From assembly GCA_951406725.2 (NCBI GenBank), contig OX597836.1, positions 27,094,001-27,158,000 of the forward strand: a DNA stretch of 64,000 nt. Reading direction: 5' to 3'. Shown one piece after another: positions 27,234-39,724 of the stretch (positions are counted from its first letter, which is position 1; each line of letters begins with the position of its first letter). The notes below the pieces were generated by a model, which had not been told where the DNA came from, did not search any database, and saw only the letters and a program-made list of their open reading frames with translations. Position numbers and translations under genes: made by a program. This stretch comes from Octopus vulgaris (lineage: Eukaryota).

Positions 27234-28121
27234 TCTATATATATAAAATTCTAGTTGTGTGAGTGTCTGTCCCCTTCGATTTAGATTCCTAACTCCTCCC
27301 ACATTTTGCGGTGCAGTTTAACCAAATTCGGGTATCTTATAGTCGTGATTCATATCGAGCCCGTCTGACTATTAGCGCGCGTCAACGATGAGTCTACGAT
27401 TTTAAAAATAATTTAACATCATTTTTTATTCCATTTTAATGCATAAAATGCATCGTGTGTCGATGGCGGCGGAGTTGGCGTCCACGCTCACAGCTGCACC
27501 AGTTTGCTTCTCCCCCTTCCCTCCCTCGTGAAGCTGTGGGGAAGGGAGTGTAAAGAAATCAACGTCGTAATGCGTTGTGAAGGAAACCAGCGTTCTTTTA
27601 GAACAACGACTTCATGGCTTGAAGACACCAAAACAAAAATGGCTAAGAAAGCCCGAATTTATAAGGGAAGTAACTCTCTAAAAATGCTTATATAGTTATT
27701 TCCCTTACAAACCCGAGCAACGCCGGGCGATACTGCTAGTCTTTATATATAAAAGAAAGGTTGTGTGCCTGTCTACTCCGATTTAGATTCCTAACTACTC
27801 CCACATTCTGCGGTGCAGTTTAACCAAAAGCGGGTATCTTATAGTCGTGATTCATATCGAGCCCTTCTGGGTATTAGCGCGCGTCTACGATGAGTCTACG
27901 ATTTTAAAATTAATTTACCATCATTTTTTTCCATTTTAAAGCATATTTTTTTAATATAAGGGAAGTAACTCTCTAAAAATGTCTACGATGAGTCAACGAT
28001 TTAAAAAAAAATTACCATGATTTTTTTTCCATTTTTAATGCATTTTTTGGCTATAACTCTCTAAAAATGCTTTATAGTTATTTCCCTTACAAATCTGAAC
28101 AACGCCAGGCGATACTGCTAG
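27234..28121 (+). mobile_element. Two head-to-tail non-autonomous Helitron-like elements (27234-27739, 27740-28121)
   Basis: 5' TC...tatataaaa; 3' cccgagcaacgccggg hairpin plus CTAG; shared internal sequence. Confidence 0.75.
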
Positions 28122-28187
28122 TTTATATATATATATAAATCTTGGTTTGCAAGATTCTTTATGTGAGTTCGTGTGTTGAAGCATATT

Positions 28188-28445
28188 CTGTTGTGTCTGG
28201 GGAGAGTCATTATCTTTTTGTGCGTTATAATTTAACGCACGCACCGGTACACTTATTCCTTATTTTTATTTTCCTAAAATTTTCGTTGCGTCTTGCAACC
28301 TTTTCAGTAGTCAAGACTATTGAAAAGGTTGCAAGACGCAACGAAAATTTTAGGAAAATAAAAATAAGGAATAAGTGGACATTTCACCAGTGAGTGCGTT
28401 AAATTATAAGGCACAAAAAGAAAATTACTCTCCCCAGACACAACA

Positions 28446-28446
<1 letters not shown>
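28188..28446. repeat. About 260-bp near-perfect palindrome
   Basis: ctgttgtgtctggggagag...caaccttttcagtagtc aa gactattgaaaaggttg...ctctccccagacacaacag; second copy at about 45180-45775. Confidence 0.85.
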
Positions 28447-28493
<47 letters not shown>

Positions 28494-28540
28494 ACAGATT
28501 GCTAAATAAATAGATAGATAACTAAATAAATTGGTTGGAA

Positions 28541-28629
<89 letters not shown>

Positions 28630-28838
28630 TAAATAGATAAACAGATAAACAAATAGATAGATACAAGCATTAACGTATATTTTCATATAAACTGTGTGAA
28701 CCAAAGAATCTCATTATTCAATTTTTTTTACATCATAAACCTTTATTAATGTCAGCATGTTGTTAATTTCCCACCAGTGACAAATATTGAGTATTTAGCA
28801 ACACCTGTTAATATGTGTGTGTGTGTGTGTGTGTGTGC

Positions 28839-28906
<68 letters not shown>

Positions 28907-29321
28907 ATCCCCTTCAATATGAATTGCAGAATTAAATAAATGGAAATTGTCCAGCTGAGTTATATACAGGGTGATTGAAAAGTCGCTATACATACATAAG
29001 AACATTTTTTTATAATAGTTTTTTTATTTAACTGTTTTTTATTTAAAAAATTTTTTCCCTATGTATTGTATAAAAAGTAAATAAAATTAAGGGGAGATAA
29101 CTAGTGAAAGCAGCAGATTCCTATACAACATAAAAACTGGTGATCGCCGCTAGAAAGAGAAGAGGTGTCTTCTTTTTCTCAGTGGTATTACACTAGAGAA
29201 ACTCATGCAGATATGAAACAAAGAATTCGTCCGATGTCCCAGACTTCCGTTTCACCCGCATCCACATATTTTCCACATTTTGTATGTAGATGTCTTGATC
29301 ATGAGGATTGACAAAATCTTA

Positions 29322-29926
29322 GGATCTTTTCGCTTTGACCGGCAGATTTTTAAAATAATTTCTTTGTAACTAAACACTTTAAAACTTCGTATACCGGTAG
29401 AATGTGTTACATAAAACATCTTTTTCTCTTGGTTTTCTGGAGAAAATTCTGTAGTTTGTAAGCTATTTGTTGTTTAATTTCTTGCATTTCGGCAATTCCA
29501 ACCAATCAATGATGTCTATTGAGGTGAATACAATTTCCGGTTCTATGTCAACAACATTTTCTGGTGGTGTCATATCAATTTATCACTGTTATTTATGACA
29601 TATTTCATCTCAGTTACGTTCGTATGAATAAAAGATCATCGTTATTAAACTTTTATTAATAAACACATATTCTAAGTTCACAACATATGCAGTTTTAATT
29701 TCCCTCTCTGTTGCACATATACACACATTACACATTATATATTCGTTTAAGAAACAGATTGGGTTTATTTACATTTCTGAAGAAAAAAAGATACCCTTCC
29801 TTCCACCCCAAACCCTAACTCTAAAACAGATTGAAATGCAATAGATCGATACTAGGGTCATAATTATGGGTAACAATTTCACATGACACCGCTAGAAAAA
29901 ACTGCCGTTCAAACCGAAAAGATCCC
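29322..29926. mobile_element. MITE with about 28-bp TIRs (PIF/Harbinger-like)
   Basis: ggatcttttcgctttgaccggcagatttt / aaaaactgccgttcaaaccgaaaagatccc; flanked by tta and taa. Confidence 0.7.
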
Positions 29927-30188
29927 TAAGCTGTGCTTATAGGTGTAAGAAAATATATTGTCATCAACATCAGGCGCATTGATGAGAATATATTCTCTTA
30001 TGCCTATAAGCGCAGCCTACCCACGAACTAGCAAAACACATACCTTGTGTCCAGATTTTAATTAATTTGCTTTGCAGGAAGGACTATTTCAACGAAGTTG
30101 CATATTGTCTTTGCCTTCGGAGCGCAGAGTAGATGAAACAGGGACAACTAATGAGAGGGGAATTTTTCCTTGTGTTTTATGTCTCATT

Positions 30189-30450
30189 TAATGTGACAGT
30201 CCTATGAAGGGAATTACACCACTGCTATTTAGCCCTAGGAAGCATCAACACTTCCTGTCGGCTTTGACACATTACTGTGTCCTTATGTTTACAAAGGGGA
30301 GACAAGCACCCAGCTAAGCCTGCAATCAGAGACTAGTTTCAGAGTCTTTGCTCTTCATCAGTCTGGAGTAGTATGGCCTGCTAGTTGGAGATGCCTAGCC
30401 GACAGGAAGCGTTGATGCTTCCTAGGGCTAAATACGGGACTGTCACATTA
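30189..30450 (-). mobile_element. Penelope-like terminal fragment with hammerhead and inverted end duplication
   Basis: taatgtgacagtcc...tatttagccctaggaagcatcaacacttcctgtcggct is mirrored at 30397-30450; second copy at 48116-48327. Confidence 0.6.
30327..30365 (-). ncRNA. Minimal type I hammerhead ribozyme motif
   Basis: CAGA CTGATGA AGAG-CAAAGA-CTCT GAAA CTAG TC^TCTG: intact core, stems I and II, palindromic stem III ACTAGT, GUC site. Confidence 0.7.
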
Positions 30451-31243
30451 AGTTATCCACTCACACGTCCTTTTGTCTGCCTGAGGCTAGAAAAGAAGAC
30501 ACTTGCCCAAGGTGCCATGCAGTGGAATTGAACCCAGAACCATGTGGTTGGGAAGCAAGCTTCTTACCACACACTCACACCTGTGCCTTATAGATATAAG
30601 TTTATAAATATATTTTAATTACATTTAGTAGCGTTAATATTTTTTCACTTTCTGTGCTTTTGGAGGTGTACTTGTTAGGCAGGTAATTTTATGTGAAACT
30701 GCACATTGAAATTAAATGATTATAGCTTGGAAGATTTTAACCATTAAAACACCTTACTTCCATATTCATTATTTGCTGTCAAAATTTTCGTTGCACTGCA
30801 ACCTGGCCATTATCGTAGATGAAAATATTACTTCGAATGCATATAAACTACGTTTAGACTTACCTACATAAATGTGCCCCCCCCCCCCATCGGCTTTGTT
30901 TCCTCATAGCTTTTACGAAAGTGGATATGTTTTAATGAAATTTTCTACAAATGCGCTTCAGATGGTGTAGATTCCAATTATGTTAGAATTTGTTGTGAGA
31001 AATATATTTCCGTGGCTGGGGAAAGGAGTTTCAAAAACTTTACATGCGTCGGTTTTGATTTCTCATAACTTTCGGGAAAATGGGTATTTTTTTTTCTTGA
31101 AATTTTCTACGAATACCTTTCAGATAGTGTAGATTAAGACTGTATCGGAATTTAGTATCTAAGAAAATTTAATATTTTTGAAAAAAAAAAAAAAAAAATT
31201 GGCGGGTTCGTCATATATATAGTGACACACATCACATATCTAC

Positions 31244-31247
31244 AAAA
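31244..31247 (-). terminator. Pol III oligo-T terminator of tRNA-Gln
   Basis: TTTT about 10 nt downstream of the discriminator base on the minus strand. Confidence 0.55.
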
Positions 31248-31257
31248 TAATACTCCT

Positions 31258-31329
31258 AGGTCTCACCGAGATTTGAACTCGGATCGCTGGATTCAAAGTC
31301 CAGAGTGCTAACCATTACACCATGAGACC
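31258..31329 (-). tRNA. tRNA-Gln (anticodon TTG)
   Basis: GGTCTCATGGTGTAATGGTTAGCACTCTGGACTTTGAATCCAGCGATCCGAGTTCAAATCTCGGTGAGACCT: 72 nt, full cloverleaf, paired acceptor stem GGTCTCA/TGAGACC, A and B boxes. Confidence 0.97.
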
Positions 31330-31777
31330 TTGACGTGGTGTAAAGGTTAGCAAACAAACTGATGTGTATCACAGTGTCTGTGTACGTGCCGAGCAGTATT
31401 ATTTTTCTCATTAAGTTCTGGCATAATCGTTATCTACACCATCTGAAAGGTATCTGGAGAAAATTTCTTTTTAAAATACCATTTTTTCCTGAAAGTTATG
31501 AGGACCGCTAATGGGAATTTTCCGAAACGCCTTTTCCCACCTGAGTGTTGTGGTGCACCTGAGCACTGTATACAATAATTTCATTATGTTATTAAAATAT
31601 TTTCCCATAATAAATTCCTATACAATCAGAACATACGCCATCTGAAGCACGTATAGAAAATTCCTATAAAAGAGTATTTATTTTTCTGGAAGTTACAAAA
31701 AAAAAAAAAAGCTGGTAGTGGTGGAGGAGGAGGTCACACTTGTAGGTATGTCCTTTATTTATCCACTTCAATATATT

Positions 31778-32133
31778 ACTCTTTTACTTGTTTCAGTCAT
31801 TTGACTGCGGCCATGCTGGAGCACCGCCTTTAGTCAAGCAAATCGACCCCGGGACTTATTCTTTGTAAGCCCAGTACTTATTCTATCGGTCTCTTTTTGC
31901 CGAACCGCTAAGTGACGGGGACATAAACACACCAGCATCGGTTGTCAGACACACAAACACACACATATATATATACACATATATACGACGGGCTTCTTTC
32001 AGTTTCCGTCTACCAAATCCACTCACAAGGCATTGGTCGGCCCGAGGCTATAGTAGAAGACACTTGCCCAAGGTGCCACGCAGTGGGACTGATCCCGGAA
32101 CCATGTGGCTGGTAAGCAAGCTACTTACCACAC
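31778..32133 (-). mobile_element. SINE family B copy
   Basis: Near-identical reverse complement of 12536-12929. Confidence 0.85.
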
Positions 32134-32732
32134 TATTTTACGAAACCAATAGCCACAGCTGTAAATCTCTTGCTATCAGTTTATAATTGAAAGAAATATA
32201 TATCTTAGAGGTGAGTGTCGGGTTTAAAATATCCCCCTTAAACAATCAAACCATTATTAATTTAATCACAACAAATATTTTGTGTGGAAGGATGAAATTT
32301 AAAGATGACATCGATGGGGTTTGAATAATGGTGTAAGGATATAAAGGAGTAATTATAGACGGGCGACATAGACACAAGGCTGTAGATACACAAGTATGTG
32401 TGGAAGAGATATAGATTGTGATCGATAAATTCAGACCTGTGACTGATGCTCAGGTTATCGATCTCCACAGAGAATGAATGAAAGACAAACTTGACAGTAC
32501 TGTAATTGGATGTGAAAATCCAAAGGGATGAACACTCGTATGCGTGCATGTGCGTGTGTGTGTGTACGCATGATTGTGCGTGTGTTTGTGCCGGCGCGTG
32601 CGTGTGCGTGTGTGCGCGTGTGTACACGTGTGTGTGTGTGCGCGTTACGCATACGGGAGGCATGCGAATGAATTCGGTTCGCTAGAACCGTTCCTAGTTT
32701 TACAACCAGAGAGAACGTTTTAGTTAACCGAC

Positions 32733-32820
32733 TGCGCATGCGCCCCACCTCAGCTAACATGATGCCGCCTGTATCAACTGTCAGCTGCTCCCCTAGCAAC
32801 GAAATGTAAACAATGTAAGA
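32733..32820 (+). promoter_or_regulatory. Putative PPP1R42 promoter: NRF1-like, RFX X-box-like and forkhead motifs
   Basis: TGCGCATGCGC (32733-32743), GCTCCCCTAGCAAC (32787-32800) and TGTAAACAA (32805-32813) in a CpG-retaining patch; possible donor GTAAGA at 32815. Confidence 0.55.
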
Positions 32821-33660
32821 TCCGGAACAGAAAAAAAACTACGAACTTGGCCTCGCTTCTTTGTAAGGGTTTTCTTTTATATTTTTCTTACTTATAAAAA
32901 AACCCCTCTTAATTAGTATTCTTAAACACCATTAAACAAATTCCTTGTAAAAAAATATGATTATCTTTCTAAGTAGTGGTCGAGACCCAGGCCCTTCCTT
33001 GTTCCAGCCACGACGATCATGTCTTTCTTTTACATACAGTCCATCCATGATCACATTACTAAAGGGGCCTTCTTTGCTAAAAACGTTGCACTGTAATTTG
33101 AGAGAATTTTTCTGCTATTTTTAGCAAAACGATCGTTGTTACTGCTGTTATTAGCTCCAAGTCGACTCCGAACCAACACCCATATCACCAAAGGCATTCC
33201 ATCCATGACCGTCTGGTTTTTTCCTGATCCTATATATTGTCCAATGTGTCCTTTATTTTTAGACTTGTGTGTGTGTGTGTAATTTTATTTTATAAGACAC
33301 GGATTCAGAGAACTGTGTAGCTGTCACAGTAAGCTCCTCTTACACAGACTTGGCTAACAGTCTACATAGTAATCCAGTAACAGAGAACAGTAATGTAAAG
33401 TGTTCATGCAGATGAAATCCAGAAGATCTGATAAGCTGGACGGCTGCACCAGACTCCAGTCTGATTTGGCATGGTTTTCTATGGCTTGATGCCCATCCTA
33501 ACGCCAACCACTTTACACAGCGGAATGTGTGCTTTTACATGCCACTGGCATGGGTGCCATTTGCATGACATCGGTATCTGTCACGACTGCAATTTTACTT
33601 GGCTTGATGAGTCTTCTTCTCAAGCTCAATGTAATGCCAAAGGTCTCGGTCATTGCTTCT

Positions 33661-33995
33661 GTGAGGCCCAACACTCAAAGGAACTCAGCCACTTTGCCTC
33701 CGTGTGGCCCAACACTTGCAGGTACTCAGCCACTTTGCCTCCATGAGGCCCAACACTCAAAGGAGCTCAGCCACTTTGCCTACGTGAGGCTCAACACTCA
33801 AAGGAGCTCAACCACTTTGCCTCCGTGAGGCCCAACACCTGCAGGTACTCAGCCACTTTGCCTCTGTGAGGCCCAACACTCAAAGGAGCTCAGTCACTTT
33901 GCTTCCCAGAGGCCTAACACTCAAAAGGAACTCAGCCACTTTGCCTCTGTGAGGCCTAATGCTCAAAAGAAGCTCAGTCACTTTGCCTCCGTGAG
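33661..33995 (+). repeat. 41-bp tandem repeat, about 8 units
   Basis: gtgaggcccaacactcaaaggaactcagccactttgcctcc. Confidence 0.9.
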
Positions 33996-34465
33996 TAATC
34001 TAAATGCAAAATAGTTAAAGGGAAGCCCCCTCCAAAATATCATTTTGTATTATAAAATATTGAATTGTTTTTTCCCGTTTTTGAGTATTTAGTTACTTCT
34101 TTATGTGTCTCCAGTTTTGTGTCTTACAGATACTTGCAAGCAGTTTGAGAAACACATTCTCACACACGTAAACACACACATAGGCATTCACATGAACACA
34201 TACTGCTTGCTCCATAAACCCCTATATGCTCTCAAAAACACACTGGTACACATTCGCTTACACTTACACACGCTCCTAAAGTTTTACTCTCCCTCTCTCT
34301 CTCTCTTTCACTCTCACGCACACATATATAAACATACGCATATACAGAGACACGCTTACTCTTACATCTCTATACATGATCCTCCAAGTACCACCCACAT
34401 AATACAGACACACACACAAACACACATGCACACACACACTCATGAATGCTGCCCCTGATCCCAAA

Positions 34466-34600
34466 ATGGTAAAGCCCAAAGTAAACCTCATTACAAGCGG
34501 AACTTCGAAATATTCCAAGAAGAAGCGAGATGAGTCTGTGTACCATTACTTGAAACGATTGTCACACCTGCACCTCGAAGGCAAGAATTTGACTGAAATT
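34466..34600 (+). CDS. PPP1R42: PPP1R42 coding exon 1 (MVKPKVNLI...[24 protein letters not shown]); alternative in-frame ATG at 34442
   Basis: aaaATGG context; donor GTGAGT at 34601; phase 0. Confidence 0.88.
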
Positions 34601-36225
34601 GTGAGTAGTTCGTTCTTTGACTTTGGCATGTTTTGAACTCCCGACACACAATTACCGACTCTGACTTCTGACTCAGGCATAATGTCACAAACTTGCAGAC
34701 AGCTGAGTGTTGATATTTCATCTCATCTCATCTCTTCTCATGCTTATAGTATATTTTTTTTTAATTCTGAAGTTACAAGTGTTTCAATACAACATAGAAA
34801 ACCTCTTTCATGAATGTAAATATTAATATTGATATAAATATAATGGATTCATAATATAATGATGTATAGAAATACATTTTTTTTTGTACCCATGCATTTC
34901 TTCAGATTGAGTCATCGAAATTGATACTTCATCATCATCATCGTCATCATCATCATCGTTTAATGTCTACCTTCCATGCTGGTATTGGTGGGACAGTTTG
35001 ACGAGAGCCAGCCAGGCAGAAGCATGCACCAGATTTCTGTAACTGTTTGGCAGGATTTTTAAAGCTGGATGCCCTTCCTAAATCCCAACCACTCAGCAGA
35101 GTGGACTTGTTGAATTTTACGTGGCACAAGCACATGCGAGGTTAGTTTTGGCAAGGTTTTTACAGCTGAATGCCCTTCCAAATGTCAACCACTTCACAGT
35201 GTTGACTGGATGCTTTTTAAGTGGCACCTGCAGTGACAGGGTCACCAAGTACTTGCAAAACCAAAATAAAAAAAAAAACTCTTTTGAGAGGAGAGGAGGA
35301 ATTGGAGGAGGTGATCTTGTGTTGGATGATGAAAGGTTATAGTGAGGCAGAGAGACAGAAACAGATATTTATGTTCACAAAATGGATTTCTCATATTGTA
35401 TTGAAACAATTGTAACTAAAGAATTAAAAATAATAGTATAAATTCCACTCTTTGTTTTAATATATCCATACTCTGCTATATACTGGCATTCCATCAGTTA
35501 TGACAACAAGGGTTCCAGTAGATCCAATCAACAGAACATCCTGCTTGTGAAATTAACATGCAAGTGGCTGAGTACTTCACAGACATGTATACCCTTAATG
35601 TAATTCTTTGGGAGATTCAGCACGACACAGAATGTGACAAGGCTGGCCCCTTTGAATTACAGGTTCAACTCATTTTTGCCAGCTGAATGGACTGGAGCAA
35701 TGTGAAGTAAAGTGTCTTGCTCAAGGACACAATACGTTGCTGGGAATTGAACACATGACCTTGCGATTGTAAGCCAAATACTCTAACCACTAAGCCATGT
35801 ACCTTCACACTGCTATATAAACAACTTGTTTATAAAGCAGTTTATTACGTCTTCCTTTGCTAAGGCAAAGATATTGTTTTCAGTCGTATTTGTTTGTCTG
35901 TCTGTGGATAAGATATCTCAAGAACCGCTGGATGGATTTGGATGAAACTTTCAGGGATGTTTGGCTTCGTGAATGGCACAAAATGATTAGATTTTGGGAT
36001 CGATCTGGTACCGGACAAGGATTCTGGATTATTTTTCCTGCTTTTTTTTTTTTACTTAATGTCTGAGAGCAATCAGCTTCATTTTCAGTATTCTTGTTTG
36101 TGAGAGCAGTCGAGTTTATTTCAGATATTCTCATTTTAAAAATCATCTTTGTCTTATCGTTGAGAGGACATTGGTGTTGCCTTGGCAGAGGTCTGCGCTC
36201 TCTGAGTGCTCTTGTCATCATCATC

Positions 36226-36257
<32 letters not shown>

Positions 36258-36818
36258 CATCCTCATCATCATCATCATCATCATCAACATCATCATCATC
36301 ATCATCATCACTATCATCATCATCATTACCTCTGCCTTTGCTAAGGCGGACGTATTGTTTTCAATCATGTTTGTTTGTCCATGGACAAGATATCTCAAGA
36401 ACCGCTGGATGGTTTCGGATGAAACTTTTAGCAATATTTGGTCTCATGACTGGCACAAACTTATTAGATTCTGGGATCAATCTGGTACTGGACAAGGATT
36501 CTGGATTATTTTTCCTGCTTTTTTTTTTTTTACTTAATGTTTGAGAGCGGTCAAGTTCATATTAGTATTCTCATCTGTGAGAGCAGTCGAGTTCATTTCA
36601 GATACTCTTACTCTTTACTCTTTTACTTGTTTCAGTCATTTGACTGCGGCCATGCTGGAGCACTGCCTTTAGTCGAGCAAATCGACACCGGGACTTATTC
36701 TTAGTAAGCCCAGTACTTATTCTATCAGTCTCTTTTGCCAAACTGCTAAGTGACAGGGACGTAAACACACCAGTATCGGTTGTCAAGCAATGCTAGGGGA
36801 ACAAACACAGACACACAA

Positions 36819-36851
<33 letters not shown>

Positions 36852-37751
36852 CATATATACGACAGGCTTCTTTCAGTTTCCGTCTACCAAATCCACTCAC
36901 AAGGCATTGGTCGGCCTGGGGCTATAGCAGAAGACACTTGCCCAAGATGCCACGCAGTGGGACTGAACCCGGAACCATGTGGTTGGTAAGCAAGCTACTT
37001 CCCACACAGCCACTCCTGTGCCTATTCTCATTTTAAAAATCATCCCTGGCTAATCATTGAGAGGACATTGGTGTTGCCTTGGCAGAGGTTTGCGATCCCT
37101 GAAGTGCTCTTGTTTTTATGTATTTTCTTTTATGTTTCTCTCTCTCTCTCTCTCTTTCTCAGGACTGTGACTTTTCTGTGTGTCCCCAATTATCAGTATT
37201 GTATCTGTATGACAACCATTTAACAGCAATCCCAGACTTATCCAGAAACAGGAACCTATCACACCTCTACCTTCAGGACAATCAGATCCGGCATATTCCA
37301 GACCTCTCCAGTCTAATACAACTAACAAAACTGTAAGTTAACCATCCTGGGGTTGCCGCTAACTGCAGCAGCAGTTTGGGCGTGAGGTGGTGGTGGCGGT
37401 GGGGTGAAAGGGTGAATCTTTTCTTTGACATGTTGTTTTTGTTGTATTTTGTTTTCTTATTTTTAAAACTAGAAACTGAGTCAATTATTTTTGCCAAATA
37501 TATTGAGAAGTCATTAGTGCCACAGACGAAATACTTGGTGGCATTTCATCCATCTTTAAGGTCTCAGTTCAAATGCTGCTGAGGTTGACTTTGCCTTTCA
37601 TCATTTTGTGGGTCAATAAAATAAGTACCAATGAGACACTGGAGCTGATGTAATTGACTAGTCCCCTCCCCCACACAAATTCTAGGTCTTGTGCCGTTAG
37701 TAGAAAGGATCATCATCATCATTATCATTAATATTATTATTATTATTATTA

Positions 37752-37788
<37 letters not shown>

Positions 37789-38342
37789 CATTAAGTGATA
37801 GAGCAGTGCATGCCATCAAAGTGACACTGGGGTAAAATATATGAAGCCCAGTATACCCATCATGACTACCCGTCTGATAAGGGTACACTAGGCACATGCA
37901 TCACAACTATTGGTGCACAACATGGTGATCTCATATCAAGATAAACAGCACATGACCTTGCAGGTGGGGTCCGGTTAGAATTTTCTTCTAACCCATCCTG
38001 CTCAAAAGGTCCCTGAATAAGGGTTGTTTAAGAATGTTGAATGAAACACCCATGTTTCCAGTGATGAATTATCCAAACCCCAAAGAATTCCTCTCAACAC
38101 ATAGCTATGATGCTCCCCCACTACTTCTGATCATGATCTGAGATGCACATATTGTCAGCCACCAAGGGACATGCTCAACTGGTTTAAGGTCAAACAACTG
38201 ACAATCAAATCTGTGGTATTGAGCAGAATATTTGCTGTAGCTCATCTTTTATACCAAGACAAAACAATGTACATGATAACACTTCCAATCAGTTAAGATC
38301 AGAAGCCACGAGAGCCGCTGCCTGGTACTGCAGCAGTGCATG

Positions 38343-38380
<38 letters not shown>

Positions 38381-38413
38381 TTACTACTGCTACTACTACT
38401 ACTGCTACTACTA

Positions 38414-38459
<46 letters not shown>

Positions 38460-38504
38460 TACTACTGCTGCTACTACTATTGCTGCAGCTACTGCTGCTG
38501 CTGC

Positions 38505-38540
<36 letters not shown>

Positions 38541-38553
38541 CACCACCACCACC

Positions 38554-38597
<44 letters not shown>

Positions 38598-39381
38598 AAC
38601 TATCATCATCATCATCATCATTGTCATCATCATTATGAAGGTAGTGGATGACAGAATCAGTTGAATATTGAGAGAAACTGCCTCATTACATTTCACGCTG
38701 TCAGTTTGAATCTTGTTGAGGCCTATTTTGCCTTTCCTTTTCCTTCCCGTGTAATTATTTTAGAATACCGGTTATATACTGGGGTCAATTGAATTGACTG
38801 TAGCTTTTTGTAAACATTAGTGGCCTTGACTTTGTGCCTAGGTAGGAAAAAAAACGATAACCAGAATGTTGATAATGGGGTGGATGTTGAAAACAAGTAT
38901 GTTTGCCATGTTGATGATGATGATGATGATGATGATGATGACTGCTGATGATTATGATGATTATGATGAAGATAATTTCGATTATAATGATGTTGATGGT
39001 GATGATGACGACGATGGTGATGATGATGATGATGATGATAATGACGGCAATGATGGTGATGATCATGATGATCATGCTGATGATGATGACAAAGATGAAG
39101 ATGATGATGATGATGAGAAAGATGGGGATGCTCATGATGATGATGATGATGATGATGGTGATGGTTCCAGTTAGACCGTTAACCTTTCCAGTTCCTGCTG
39201 AGACACATTAAATTGAAACTGTTATTGCCATCACCACTATCACCGCCACCACCACTGCAACCACTCCACCACCAATACCACCGCCACCACCACCACCACT
39301 GTTACCAACACTACCACTGCCACTAATTACATTACCCACCCACCTGCATCTGGCCCTAACCTACCTACCCATCATCACATT

Positions 39382-39430
<49 letters not shown>

Positions 39431-39667
39431 GCTACTGCTGCTGCAGCCTCCACCACTGTTACCATGATTATTAGCACTACTTTAACCACCACCACCCATA
39501 CCAAGACTGCCATCATCATCACCACAGCCTGTACCCCCACCTCCATCTCCACCACCACTACTGCCAACACCACTACCCCCTACTACCCCTATCAACAAAG
39601 AATATAAGAACTGCCTCTAAGCATTTTGTCTGATATACAAACAACTCTGTCAGTTCACTGTGCTTTG

Positions 39668-39724
<57 letters not shown>

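Larger units (their letters stand above)
30858..31753. mobile_element. Inverted repeat arms (each with two internal subunits) enclosing the tRNA-Gln gene; foldback/MITE-like
   Basis: 31062-31134 is reverse-complementary to 31432-31502; 31019-31037 to 31518-31538; 30903-30972 to 31633-31696. Confidence 0.6.

Noticed and set aside
29808-29825. Telomere-like aaccctaactctaa
   Set aside because: Only about two degenerate units inside a MITE.
33661-33995. CRISPR-like regular repeat
   Set aside because: Units are contiguous with no unique spacers, there are no cas genes, and the context is eukaryotic.
38289-39573. Poly-Y/L/V/D/M ORFs
   Set aside because: Translations of (TAC)n, (CAC)n and (GAT)n microsatellites.
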